Numbered from the stretch's first letter, positions 47,351-57,219 are shown. The stretch: 64,000 bases of DNA from Marinicella sp. (GCA_965230295.1 OZ246001.1:2016001-2080000), one strand, 5' to 3'. A program made the numbers and translations. Notes: generated from the letters alone by a model not told the origin.

Positions 47351-48747
47351 GTATCGGGAACAAAAAACCAGTCCTATTGATGCTGCTTTTGCTGTGCAGC
47401 ATGCAAACATTAAGCCAAACCACCATCACCATATTGAATACAGATGGGGCAGGTGAAGGTTTCAATGATCCCACACCTGTCGCACCGATCGGCGGTAACT
47501 CAGGCACCACTTTGGGCGAACAAAGGTTGATTGCATTTCAGTTTGCAGCAGACATATGGGAAACCTTTCTGGACAGTGATGTGGAGATCATTGTCAGTGC
47601 TGGTTTTAATCCGCTGACTTGTGATCAGAACGGGGCGGTCTTGGGTTCAGCGGGTGCCACCTCAGTGCATGCTGATTTTGCCAATGCACCGCTTGCTGAC
47701 ACCTGGTACAACGGATCTTTGGCCAGTGCCTTGTCCGGATCTGACATCAATGGTGGACAAGCAGAAATCAATTCACAGTTCAACTCTTCTTTAGACACTG
47801 GATGCTTGAACAATGGTTGGTATTATGGCTTGGATGGTGCAACACCTGCCGGTTTCACGGCCTTCTTACCCGTGGTGTTACATGAAATGGGTCATGGTCT
47901 GGGGTTCCAGACTTTCACCAATGGCACTACAGGTGCCTTTGTTAGCGGTAGACCCGATGTTTGGACTCGCTTCATGCAGGACCTCTCTACCGGCGAATTT
48001 TGGGATGACATGACCAATGGTGAGCGCGTAACATCAGCCGTCAATGACCCCAATTTGGTGTGGACTGGACCCAATGTAACTGCCGAATTTCCCAATGTAT
48101 TGGGCAATCCTGCGGTGTTAACTGTCAACTCTCCAGGCGCTATTGCCGGTGACTATACAGTACAAACAGCCAGTTTTGGTCCGAGTATTCCAACTCAGGG
48201 ACTCACTGCAGATGTGATCCTGGCAGATGACGGAACCGCCCCTGATGTCAACGATGCATGCCAACCCATCAACACTGACTTGACCGGCGCCATTGCCATT
48301 GTTAACCGAGGCAGTTGTAACTTTACAGTGAAAGTCATCAATGCTCAAAATGCGGGTGCTGTCGGTGTATTGGTCGCCAACAATGTGTCACCAGGTTTGC
48401 CGCCCATGGGTGGTTCTGACAACTCAGTGACCATCCCCTCGGTGGGTATTTCACTGGATGATGGCGCCTTGATCACCACCAACTTACCAGGGGTCAATGC
48501 AACTTTGGGTTATGATGATGCTACGTTTGCTGGCACCAATGGTGGGTTTGTGCGTTTGTTTGCGCCCAACCCGTTTCAACAAGGTTCATCGGTTTCGCAT
48601 TGGACCACAGATGCCAACCCGAATTTGTTGATGGAGCCAAGCATCACACCAACTATTTTCGACAAGATTGACCTGACCTTACAACTGTTCCAGGACATTG
48701 GTTGGCCAACCCTCGATGATTTGATTTTTGCTGATGATTTTGAATAG
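47347..48747 (+). CDS. Secreted zinc metalloprotease with PA domain and C-terminal DLIFADDFE tag
   Basis: Signal peptide; HEMGHGLGF; PA domain IAIVNRGSCNFTVKVINAQNAGA; GSSVSHW; LLMEP. Confidence 0.85.
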   Translation: MSIGNKKPVLLMLLLLCSMQTLSQTTITILNTDGAGEGFNDPTPVAPIGGNSGTTLGEQRLIAFQFAADIWETFLDSDVEIIVSAGFNPLTCDQNGAVLGSAGATSVHADFANAPLADTWYNGSLASALSGSDINGGQAEINSQFNSSLDTGCLNNGWYYGLDGATPAGFTAFLPVVLHEMGHGLGFQTFTNGTTGAFVSGRPDVWTRFMQDLSTGEFWDDMTNGERVTSAVNDPNLVWTGPNVTAEFPNVLGNPAVLTVNSPGAIAGDYTVQTASFGPSIPTQGLTADVILADDGTAPDVNDACQPINTDLTGAIAIVNRGSCNFTVKVINAQNAGAVGVLVANNVSPGLPPMGGSDNSVTIPSVGISLDDGALITTNLPGVNATLGYDDATFAGTNGGFVRLFAPNPFQQGSSVSHWTTDANPNLLMEPSITPTIFDKIDLTLQLFQDIGWPTLDDLIFADDFE

Positions 48748-48771
48748 GTAATCAGCAGTACGCCAATCTGA

Positions 48772-48800
48772 AAAAGCCAGGTCAAAGCCTGGCTTTTTTT
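48772..48800. terminator. Bidirectional Rho-independent terminator
   Basis: aaaagccagg-tcaaag-cctggctttttt between convergent genes. Confidence 0.75.
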
Positions 48801-48826
48801 GGATAAGGGTGGTGTACCTGACCGGT

Positions 48827-49744
48827 TCAATCAAAGCCGGTTTTGAAGATCACATCCCAGCGGTAATCACTGAGGTAATAGATGGCATTCAGGAGTATTT
48901 GCAGGTTGTTACCACTGGTGGCTGTTGGTTGGTGTTCACCGGGTTGATAAACCATCACTTTGGAATTCCAACTTGGGCATTGTTTGGTGTAGCCTAATAA
49001 GTGTTGGTTACCGTTGTCACTGTAATTACTTTGAAACAGGTTTTCAATGTCACACCCTGCATTGCCCGCATTGAAATCCATTTGTGGGTAACGTTCATCA
49101 GGTGTGTTGTTGAAGAAGGGGTAATTATCAGTGGTGATGCCATGCGCGGGATTGTTATAAGTGGTGGTGCCGTCGTAATTGATCTGGTGACTGCCAATAA
49201 AATGATCATCACCCACATAAATCACATCCTGGCCATTGACGGTATCCCAGGGAACTGATCCTGTGGCTTGTGAACCCAAAAGGTTTTGAACGGGTTGTTT
49301 ACCGTTGGTCAAATAAATACCATGATGAAAACTGATCACGCCCCCACCGGTTTGTAAAAACTGTTCAACCGCTGTCACAAAATCGGCTTGTCTGCCACTG
49401 GCGTTGTTACCATTGTTGGGAATGCGGTGGGCAAAGTAAATCAGGATTTCTGGGCGGCTGGTATCGGTGCTCGGTAAGTTCAACAAGGCTGTCGCCTGTT
49501 CAATACTGTTGGTATCAATTTCTACCACACTGCTGGTATTCAGCGCTGCTGTGTTGTTCAGGGTTTGTGACAGGTCACCCGGTTGCATCAGATCAGCATC
49601 CGGCAATCCATGCGGATTCACTTCATCTGAAACGATCAAAATATCAATGGGATCATGTGCAGGTAGGGATTGCCCTTGTAAAAGCCAAGGCATAAGCAAC
49701 AGCCACAGAATAAAAACCTTTTCCATCCATTTATTGTAGGCCAT
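48827..49744 (-). CDS. Secreted ThuA-like (class I glutamine amidotransferase fold) protein with C-terminal DVIFKTGFD tag
   Basis: Signal peptide; FLQTGGGVISFHHG, DERYP, VYQPGEH, LLNAIYYL. Confidence 0.65.
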   Translation of the reverse strand: MAYNKWMEKVFILWLLLMPWLLQGQSLPAHDPIDILIVSDEVNPHGLPDADLMQPGDLSQTLNNTAALNTSSVVEIDTNSIEQATALLNLPSTDTSRPEILIYFAHRIPNNGNNASGRQADFVTAVEQFLQTGGGVISFHHGIYLTNGKQPVQNLLGSQATGSVPWDTVNGQDVIYVGDDHFIGSHQINYDGTTTYNNPAHGITTDNYPFFNNTPDERYPQMDFNAGNAGCDIENLFQSNYSDNGNQHLLGYTKQCPSWNSKVMVYQPGEHQPTATSGNNLQILLNAIYYLSDYRWDVIFKTGFD

Positions 49745-50002
49745 TTGTTGATGAAGAACAGGATTTCATGAACAAAGTTTTGTGGTATTTTGTTTTATGT
49801 GTCCATAGTCACATTTATGTGCATTTACCCTTAATTGTGTAACCATTCGGGTTGTCATGCGTTTATAAAAGTGACCTTCGACTGATAGAATGTATAAGTA
49901 TCTTTACGCTCTCCTCTTCTACCTATACGTTTCATCAGTCAAAGGCCAAACCAGCGCGCCGGATTGGGAAGCTCTTCTCCTTCCTTAGGGCTTATGTCCA
50001 AA

Positions 50003-51214
50003 TCATTTCCTGATCTCGGCGCTTTGTTGGTGATAAACCAAGCCTTCGGCCTCTGCCAGCTTGGCTGCAATGTTGGCCAACACCCCACGGCCTGTTTCAT
50101 TGATTTTTTGGGTTGACAGTACTTTTAAAAATTGATGTACGCTCAAGCCACCAGAAAACTTACCGGCACCAGCGGTGGGTAGGGTGTGGTTCGGACCGGC
50201 ACAATAGTCGCCAAAGGCCACCGCTGAGTTTTCACCGATGAATAACGAGCCATAATTGGTAAACAGTGCGGTTTTCATCGAAGTGTCACAGACCATCAAA
50301 TGTTCTGGGGCGTAGTCATTGATGAAGTCTAAGGCCTGTTGTTGATCATCTGCCAATAACAACACGATGTTGCCATGAGCGAGCAATTCTTTACCCTTGT
50401 CATGTTCGGCCAACAGGTCGTAAAGATTTTCTAACAGGCTGTCAGTTTCACTGACCACAATACTGATCGCATGGGCGTCATGCTCGGCTTGCGCCAGTGC
50501 GTCAAACATCAACCATTCAGGCTGCTTGATTTGGTTGGCGTAGATCAACAGTTCACTGGGCCCAGCCAAGGTATCTATTTGGGTGCGGTGTTGAACCTGT
50601 GCTTTGGCTTGATTGACAAAGGCATTACCCGGCCCAACAATCATATTCACTGGTGGGGTTTGGTCAAAGCCGTAGGACAGAGCGCCAATGGCCTGGGCGC
50701 CGCCAATATGGATGAATTGAGTGGCACCTGCCAAAGAAGCAGCGGCCAATAATGCAGGATCATCAGAAGGCGAGCAGGCCACCCGCACTGGGCAACCAGC
50801 CACTTGTGCTGGAGTTAACGTCATCAATGCGGTTGAAATCAATGGAAACTGGCCACCGGGTATGTAAGCACCGATGCGTTCGATTGGCTGATACACGAAA
50901 CCAAAATCACCCATTTCGTCACTGAACTGGTCATTTTTTAAATCTTTGATCTGAAATTGGCAGAATTTTTTGATGCGTCGGTGGGCGCTTTGGATGGCGT
51001 CTTTCAATGACTGGTCTATCGGGTACTCATCAAAAGGCAGCAGTTCAATGTATTGAACATCTTGTTGGTCGATTTTTTGACTGATGGCTTGAACCGCCTT
51101 ATCACCATGGTTTTTGATTTTGTCTAAGATCTTGGCCACCGTGTCTTCAATTTTGCTTTGGTTTTTGAAAGCAGGGCGTTGGTAGTCTAGGGTGTTGGTG
51201 TATTTAGCGTTCAT
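50003..51214 (-). CDS. hisD: Histidinol dehydrogenase
   Basis: GAYIPGG, GGAQAIGAL, IVGPGNAFV, AGPSE, QAEHD, YAPEHL, GDYCAGPNHTLPT. Confidence 0.96.
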   Translation of the reverse strand: MNAKYTNTLDYQRPAFKNQSKIEDTVAKILDKIKNHGDKAVQAISQKIDQQDVQYIELLPFDEYPIDQSLKDAIQSAHRRIKKFCQFQIKDLKNDQFSDEMGDFGFVYQPIERIGAYIPGGQFPLISTALMTLTPAQVAGCPVRVACSPSDDPALLAAASLAGATQFIHIGGAQAIGALSYGFDQTPPVNMIVGPGNAFVNQAKAQVQHRTQIDTLAGPSELLIYANQIKQPEWLMFDALAQAEHDAHAISIVVSETDSLLENLYDLLAEHDKGKELLAHGNIVLLLADDQQQALDFINDYAPEHLMVCDTSMKTALFTNYGSLFIGENSAVAFGDYCAGPNHTLPTAGAGKFSGGLSVHQFLKVLSTQKINETGRGVLANIAAKLAEAEGLVYHQQSAEIRK

Positions 51215-52439
51215 CGTTTCGACTCCGCAAATCATTGACAATTTCCTGGTAGCTGACCCCTTTGGATTTGGCCATCACCAGGGTAAAAAACAGCAGGTCT
51301 GCTGCTTCCCAACGCACATGGTTATGCTCGGTGGCTTCAATCAACTCATCACATTCTTCTTTCAGTTTTTCTATTTGCAAGGCTTCACTGGCAAACAGTT
51401 TCTGACTGAATGATTGGGTTTCTGTTGTAGCCATGCGTTGTTCAAACACTTCATCCAGGTAATCCAAAGAATAGTTCCTGGTTTGGCTGGCAAAACAAGA
51501 GTACCGATCAAAATGGCAAGCGTTGCGGTTCTGCTCAACCAAAAAAAGCAAGGTGTCACCGTCACAATCCACATCCACCTGGATCAGCTTTTGGGTGTTA
51601 CTGCTGGTCAAACCCTTGGTCCACAGTTCATTTCTGGAACGGGAAAAATAGGTGCCGGTGCGATTTTCCAATGCATGTTCTAGTGATTCAGCGGAAGAGT
51701 AAGCCATCATCAAGACTTTGTTGGTCTTTACATCTTGAACCACAGTTGGGATCAATGGCAGTTTGTCAAAATCCACAAGTGACATGAAAGCCTGGTTCAG
51801 TGACATATGCCCTGAGTAAATGGCCATGCCGATTTGAGAATTGGCTCCACGGGCATTGATCCATTGCAAATCTTCATAACTGGTGATGCCACCGGCAACT
51901 GTCACCGGAATCGGCGAGGCTTTGATCACTGCACTGATCCGTTGCTGGTCAATACCCTGCATCATGCCTTCTTTCTTGACCTGGGTGTACAGAAATTCGC
52001 CACAGTTCTGGGCCCAGTCAGCAATGATGTCGAGTACTTTGATGTCTTGGGTTTTCTTCCAGCCGTGGGTGGTGAGAAAATCGTCTTTGGCATCAATGGC
52101 AAAAATCAGCGATTGCCGTGGTAGCTTTTTGACCCAATCCTGACTGGCAGAAGTGCCCAGGATGATTTTGGTGGCGCCGGCTGCCAAATAATTCTTAGCC
52201 GTTTCCAAATCGCGGATGCCACCGCCCACCCGACAGGGACGTTTGCGCAGCAGCTGTTCGATCAGATCTTGATTTGAGCCATGACCCATGGCGGCATCCA
52301 AATCAATGATGGCCACTTCGCCATACATGGCAAATTCTTCCAGCAGTTCGAACACATCATCGCGCTCGATGATCTTTTTATCACCTTGCTGGAGTTGAAC
52401 GGCCTTGCCGCCCATGAGGTCTATTGATGGTATCAGCAT
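51204..52439 (-). CDS. hisA-hisIE: Fusion of HisA isomerase, HisI cyclohydrolase and HisE pyrophosphatase
   Basis: IPSIDLMGGKAVQL and VGGGIR (HisA); FSRSRNELWTKG, DCDGD, ACH...SCF (HisI); KLKEECDEL, WEAADLLF (HisE). Confidence 0.9.
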   Translation of the reverse strand: MLIPSIDLMGGKAVQLQQGDKKIIERDDVFELLEEFAMYGEVAIIDLDAAMGHGSNQDLIEQLLRKRPCRVGGGIRDLETAKNYLAAGATKIILGTSASQDWVKKLPRQSLIFAIDAKDDFLTTHGWKKTQDIKVLDIIADWAQNCGEFLYTQVKKEGMMQGIDQQRISAVIKASPIPVTVAGGITSYEDLQWINARGANSQIGMAIYSGHMSLNQAFMSLVDFDKLPLIPTVVQDVKTNKVLMMAYSSAESLEHALENRTGTYFSRSRNELWTKGLTSSNTQKLIQVDVDCDGDTLLFLVEQNRNACHFDRYSCFASQTRNYSLDYLDEVFEQRMATTETQSFSQKLFASEALQIEKLKEECDELIEATEHNHVRWEAADLLFFTLVMAKSKGVSYQEIVNDLRSRNDER

Positions 52440-52461
52440 ACTTTCTCCTTACCAGAGCCAT

Positions 52462-52520
52462 CGTCATTACCCGGCTTGACCGGGTAATCCATAGCGAAGC
52501 GGGTTCGAACGAAGTTCGAA
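52462..52520. repeat. CGTC-type REP-like palindrome plus GAA-triloop hairpin inside the his operon
   Basis: cgtcattacccggcttgaccgggtaatcca; ttcgaac-gaa-gttcgaa. Confidence 0.7.
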
Positions 52521-52560
52521 AATATCATTGTCATTCTTTGTTCAGGTTTCATATTCTGAG

Positions 52561-53355
52561 TTAATCCAAAGTGTTTCTGACTTTAATGTTGTTGTTGATT
52601 AGAAATTCTTTGATCTGCCCCACGGTGTATTCGCCACGGTGGAACAAACCTGCGGCCAAAACCGCATCAGCACCGGCATGAATCGCGTCTAAAAAGTCTT
52701 GTGGACCATTGGCGCCACCTGATGCAATCACTTGTACTGGAAAGTCAGCGCCGAATTGTGCCAGTAAATTGGTGTCAAATCCACTGCCAGTGCCATCTTT
52801 GTGCATGGCAGTGAGCAAAATCTCACCTGCACCGCGGTCAACGACCTCTTTGATCCAGCCGTGGTAGTCCACTTCGGCCCGCCGAGAACCGCCATGGGTG
52901 TAGATGGCCAACTCCCCATTGGCTTCATGGTTCACATCCACCGCCACCACGATACTTTGGGAGCCATATTGGGTAGAAATTTGATTGATCAGTTCGGGTT
53001 TTTCGACGGCCATGGTGTTTAGGGTCACTTTATCGGCACCGGCATGAAAGAACTTGTGCACGTCATCCAGGGTTTTGATACCACCACCCACAGCAAAGGG
53101 AATGGATAAATGGGTGGCCACTTGATAAACCATGTCGAGAGCCGATTGTTGACCGTCAACAGAAGCCTTGATGTCCAGGAAAATCAGTTCATCGGCACCT
53201 TGTTGTTCATACATTTTGGCCAACTCAACCGGATCACCCATGTCTAACAATTCTTTGAAATTGGTGCCTTTGACGACCCGTCCATAGGCCACATCCAGGC
53301 ATGGAATGATCCTTGCAGTGAGGTCAGAGTTTGAGTTATTGTCATTGACATACAT
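52561..53355 (-). CDS. hisF: Imidazole glycerol phosphate synthase cyclase subunit
   Basis: RIIPCLDV, GRVVKG, GADELIFLDI, GAGEILLT, DGTGSGFD, IASGGA. Confidence 0.97.
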   Translation of the reverse strand: MYVNDNNSNSDLTARIIPCLDVAYGRVVKGTNFKELLDMGDPVELAKMYEQQGADELIFLDIKASVDGQQSALDMVYQVATHLSIPFAVGGGIKTLDDVHKFFHAGADKVTLNTMAVEKPELINQISTQYGSQSIVVAVDVNHEANGELAIYTHGGSRRAEVDYHGWIKEVVDRGAGEILLTAMHKDGTGSGFDTNLLAQFGADFPVQVIASGGANGPQDFLDAIHAGADAVLAAGLFHRGEYTVGQIKEFLINNNIKVRNTLD

Positions 53356-53947
53356 GTTTGATCAGCTCCCTACCAAAAACACCGGATTTTTCCGGGTGAA
53401 ATTGAAATCCGTATAAATTGCCACGTTGCACCGAAGCACAAAACGCATCACCGTAATTAACTTTGGCGGTGGCGAATGGACATTCAGTGATGGCATAAGA
53501 ATTGACGAAATAAGCATACTGGTTTTTTAAGGTCAGTTTGTATGAATTCAGTTTGGCCCAGCCCACCATTGGTGTTTTGGGGTGCGGTAACCGGTGACAA
53601 CGGCCTGGAAATAACCCAAGGCCTTTGGCTTCAGGGTCTTCATCACTGCCCTCAAACAACACTTGCATGCCGACACATATACCAATCAGGCGTTTGCCAT
53701 TGCGGACCCATTCCAATAAAAATTCACGCCAACCATTTTGATCAATCTGATTCATCACGAAAGCAAAGCGCCCTTGGCCTGGCATCACCAAAACATCCAG
53801 CTCGGTGAGGTATTCTGCTTTGGGTTGTTTTAAGGTTTGTAACTCACAATCGGCCACTTCAATGGCGGTTTGCATACTCAGCAAGTTACCTGAGTTCAAA
53901 TCAATCACGCCCACACGGGTTTTGGGCTTGCTGAGGTCTTTGGTCAT
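53342..53947 (-). CDS. hisH: Imidazole glycerol phosphate synthase glutaminase subunit
   Basis: PGQG, GICVGMQ, FQFHPEKSG. Confidence 0.95.
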   Translation of the reverse strand: MTKDLSKPKTRVGVIDLNSGNLLSMQTAIEVADCELQTLKQPKAEYLTELDVLVMPGQGRFAFVMNQIDQNGWREFLLEWVRNGKRLIGICVGMQVLFEGSDEDPEAKGLGLFPGRCHRLPHPKTPMVGWAKLNSYKLTLKNQYAYFVNSYAITECPFATAKVNYGDAFCASVQRGNLYGFQFHPEKSGVFGRELIKHVCQ

Positions 53948-54516
53948 AACACCCCCTTGGTGGAACGCTCACCAGCAACCGGTTGTAAGGCTTCTTTCAT
54001 GGCATAGGCCAGTGCTTTAAAGGCACTTTCCACCAAGTGGTGGTTGTTGCGGAAATATTGGTTTTTCAAGTGCAGGCAGATTTTGCTGTTGATGCTCAAA
54101 GTGTAAAAAAAATGCTCCCACATTTCAGTGTTGATGCCACCGAGTTGAGGCTGTGAAAACGGCAGATCGATCACCGCATAGGGCCGGCCGCACAAGTCCA
54201 CCGCACACATCGTCAAAGCTTCATCCATGGGCAGCAGGCGTTGGCCATAACGTTGGTTGGGTTTGGCCGCTTGCCAAGCTTGGTACAGGGCATCGCCCAA
54301 GCAAATGGCCACATCTTCGATACCGTGGTGGTCATCAACTTCTAAATCTGCTGTGACTTGCAGGTCCATAAACCAACCGGCGTGTGACGCCAGTTGGTCC
54401 AGCATGTGATCAAAAAACGGCAAGCCGGTGTTGATGTTTTTCTTTGAAGGATCACCAGTGATGTCCAAGGACAATTCAATTTGGGTTTCTTTGGTGGCTC
54501 TGGATACCTGAATCAT
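53944..54516 (-). CDS. hisB: Imidazoleglycerol-phosphate dehydratase (monofunctional, no phosphatase domain)
   Basis: RATKETQI, FFDHML, DDHHGIED, PMDEAL, NNHHLVESAFKA, STKGVL. Confidence 0.95.
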   Translation of the reverse strand: MIQVSRATKETQIELSLDITGDPSKKNINTGLPFFDHMLDQLASHAGWFMDLQVTADLEVDDHHGIEDVAICLGDALYQAWQAAKPNQRYGQRLLPMDEALTMCAVDLCGRPYAVIDLPFSQPQLGGINTEMWEHFFYTLSINSKICLHLKNQYFRNNHHLVESAFKALAYAMKEALQPVAGERSTKGVL

Positions 54517-56150
54517 AATAAAGCCTCTAATTGGTTGATGTTTTCAAGGACCAGATCGGCCCCTGCCTGATATAAATTTTCTTTGGCGGCTGGGTCGGTG
54601 GCACCGATGCCAATACACACACAGCCGGCAGCGTTGCCTGCTTGCATGTCATCAACGGTGTCGCCACAAAACCAAATGCGCTTGGCCTGGCTGTCATCAA
54701 TGACTTGAAACAAACCTTCTGGATCGGGTTTTTGTTGTTCCACATCATCTGCGCTGATGATGTAAGAGGGTTGAATGTTCAGTTGATTGACGCCTTGTTC
54801 GGCTTCCATCCGTGGCCGTCCGGTCACAATGGCGGTGGGTCGTTTGGCTTTAAATACCTGTTGTTTGAGTGGATTCAACAGCAAGTCTTGCTCTTGTTCA
54901 ACCAAACCTGGGGTTTGTCCATCGCCCAAATAGAGAGTTTGGAAGGTATTGACCACCAGTTCATACGGTATGTCAAAGCCGCTTTGCTTAATCAATTCTG
55001 CAGCCAACACCCAATCGTTGTTGAAACCACCTTGGGCCCGGACTGTTTCAATGTCGGTCTGATTGACGCCTTGGCCTGTGAGCTCCTCGACGGTTTTGAT
55101 GATGCATTGATCATAACTCAAAGAAGTGTCTATCAATACCCCATCCATATCAAATGCCAACAACTCAGGTTTGAGTATCAATTTCAATGCTTGCATGAAA
55201 GTATCCATGTACTCAGGAATGGTGAGGCGTATGGCACGTGGCAAACCACCCAGTTCAGTTTTGATCTGGATGCCTTGTTTTTCCATGACCCGGGAAAACA
55301 ATTCTTTTTGTGCTGGGTTGGTTTCGAACAGCACAAAGTTGCCGCGACTGGGGCATACCCGTAATCCCGTTGATTCGAGCAGTTTGACCACCATGGTGCG
55401 ATTGGTCTCAATCGTTTGGCAGTATTCCTTGATTTCATCGCGGGCTTGCCAGGCGGCAGCGGCCAGTTGTAAATTGGCCCGTGAAACATTGAATGGCATG
55501 GCAATTTGCTTGAAACGTTCAATCAACTCAGGTGCACCGAATATGTAACCAATTCGAGCCCCTGCCAGGCCAAAGGCTTTGGAGAAGGTGCGCAAAGTGA
55601 CCAGATTGGGATAGGCGGCATAATCGATGGGCTCAACCTCATTAGCGAACTCTACATAAGCTTCATCCAGAAAAACCCAAGCACCTTTGCTCTCAGCTGT
55701 CTCGATCAGGTCAACCAAGACATCAGCGGCCAAGTATTCACCTGTGGGGTTGTTGGGCCGGGTCAAAATGACCCATTGATTGGCTTGGATATTCGCCTTT
55801 AAGACTTCGGTATCAATGGATAAATCATCGCATGCTGGAACGAAAGTGGTTTGGTTGTTCCAGACTTGTTGGTTGTGGGTGTACTGGCTGAAACAAGGTT
55901 CTGGTACCAACAGTGATTGGTCATTGAGCTTACAATTTTTATAAAGCAGCTCGATGCTTTCATCACCGCCATTGGTCAACATCACGGAACCACTGCTCAG
56001 ACCCATATCGGCTGCCATTTGATTTTCCAGTACGGCTCGATCTGGGTAACACCATAAATCGTCCACTTTCAATTGAAACCGTTTTAACCATTCGGGCTGT
56101 GAATCGGCCCGCTCGTTAAAGTCCAGCTTGAGTTTCACCTCGTTCATCAT
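54513..56150 (-). CDS. hisC: Histidinol-phosphate aminotransferase fused to a C-terminal HAD phosphatase
   Basis: LDFNE, PNNPTG, LDEAY, RTFSKAFGLAGARIGY (PLP lysine); then AFDMDGVLID, KPDPEG, GDTVDD (HAD motifs). Confidence 0.9.
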   Translation of the reverse strand: MMNEVKLKLDFNERADSQPEWLKRFQLKVDDLWCYPDRAVLENQMAADMGLSSGSVMLTNGGDESIELLYKNCKLNDQSLLVPEPCFSQYTHNQQVWNNQTTFVPACDDLSIDTEVLKANIQANQWVILTRPNNPTGEYLAADVLVDLIETAESKGAWVFLDEAYVEFANEVEPIDYAAYPNLVTLRTFSKAFGLAGARIGYIFGAPELIERFKQIAMPFNVSRANLQLAAAAWQARDEIKEYCQTIETNRTMVVKLLESTGLRVCPSRGNFVLFETNPAQKELFSRVMEKQGIQIKTELGGLPRAIRLTIPEYMDTFMQALKLILKPELLAFDMDGVLIDTSLSYDQCIIKTVEELTGQGVNQTDIETVRAQGGFNNDWVLAAELIKQSGFDIPYELVVNTFQTLYLGDGQTPGLVEQEQDLLLNPLKQQVFKAKRPTAIVTGRPRMEAEQGVNQLNIQPSYIISADDVEQQKPDPEGLFQVIDDSQAKRIWFCGDTVDDMQAGNAAGCVCIGIGATDPAAKENLYQAGADLVLENINQLEALL

Positions 56151-56999
56151 TCACACCACTTTTCTGATCGGTAATTCCAGGATGTCAGTGGCACCGGCTT
56201 GCTTCAGTTTGGGAATCAAATCTTTGGCTGCACCTTTGGGGATGGCGGCACGTACTGAGTAGGCTTCGGTGTTGAACAATTTACTGACAGTTGGTGATCG
56301 CATGGCAGGTAGTAATGAAACAATTTTTTCAATGTCATTACTTTGGCAATTCATTTCCAGTAAAACGCGTTGTCGGGCATTCATCACGCCGTTGATCAAC
56401 AACAGCATGTCATCAATCACGGCTCTCTTGTCTGGGTCTTCTAAGGCCGCTTTGTTGGCAAAAAACTGGGTGGCACTTTCATACACCACATCACATATTT
56501 TCAAGCGGTTGGCTTTGATGGTGCTGCCGGTGCTGGTGTTATCAATCACCATATCGGCATCTTCAGGTGGGAACACTTCAGTGGCACCATAAGATCGAAT
56601 CAACTGGGCATCGAAGCCTTTGTCTTCGAGGAATTTTTTTGCCAGATTCATGTATTCTGTGGCCACAATGATCTTGCGCTGTTTCAAAGCTTCATAATCC
56701 CAGTCCTCCGGGATACAGGCCACGATTTCGACTGGGTTGAACCCCAAGGGTTTGATGATTTCTACGTTGGCCCCTTGTTCAGCGATCCAGTCCATGCCTG
56801 CAAACCCGATGTCATGTTGGCCCAACTCCACCAATGATGGGATGTTCTGTCCTTTGAGCAATTTGATTTCAAAACGGTTGTCAGAACAGCTGGGACGGTA
56901 ATTGCGCTCATCGCCCATGATGTTGATGCCAATGTCTGACAACAGCTTGAGGATCTCAATTTGTAATTTCCCCTTGGGGATGGCCATTTTAATTTTCAT
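56151..56999 (-). CDS. hisG: ATP phosphoribosyltransferase, long form
   Basis: MAIPKGKL, DIGFAGMD, GATE, STGSTIKANRL; C-terminal regulatory domain LPAMRSPTV...GATDIL. Confidence 0.96.
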   Translation of the reverse strand: MKIKMAIPKGKLQIEILKLLSDIGINIMGDERNYRPSCSDNRFEIKLLKGQNIPSLVELGQHDIGFAGMDWIAEQGANVEIIKPLGFNPVEIVACIPEDWDYEALKQRKIIVATEYMNLAKKFLEDKGFDAQLIRSYGATEVFPPEDADMVIDNTSTGSTIKANRLKICDVVYESATQFFANKAALEDPDKRAVIDDMLLLINGVMNARQRVLLEMNCQSNDIEKIVSLLPAMRSPTVSKLFNTEAYSVRAAIPKGAAKDLIPKLKQAGATDILELPIRKVV

Positions 57000-57048
57000 G
57001 ATGTTTTCTCAGTATTTTTTTGTTCGATTCAGGCCCTTTATGTAAGCC

Positions 57049-57078
57049 AAAAAAAACCCCGTCTTTTCGACGGGGCTT
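57049..57078 (-). terminator. Attenuator terminator 2 (hisG-proximal)
   Basis: Minus strand aagccccgtc-gaaaa-gacgggg followed by T8. Confidence 0.9.
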
Positions 57079-57097
57079 CGTGAATAAAATGCGAATT

Positions 57098-57163
57098 TCA
57101 GCAGCGCCGTCTCAATATGTCGGTCAAATGATGATGATCCATTATTGGTTGATTGTTTTTCAT
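57098..57163 (-). CDS. hisL: His leader peptide 2 (MKNNQPIMDHHHLTDILRRRC)
   Basis: Three consecutive CAT codons; 3' part gacggcgct can pair with the 5' arm of terminator 2. Confidence 0.8.
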   Translation of the reverse strand: MKNNQPIMDHHHLTDILRRRC

Positions 57164-57185
57164 GTTAATTCAGTAATTTCAGTCC

Positions 57186-57219
57186 AAAAAAAAGCCCCGT
57201 TTGATGTAACGGGGCTTTT
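57186..57219 (-). terminator. Attenuator terminator 1 (promoter-proximal)
   Basis: Minus strand aaaagccccgtt-acatca-aacggggc followed by T8. Confidence 0.9.

Noticed and set aside
54642-55364. 240-aa antisense ORF within hisC-HAD, and other antisense ORFs in RND, dctM and pit
   Set aside because: Fully overlap well-supported genes on the other strand and show no motifs.
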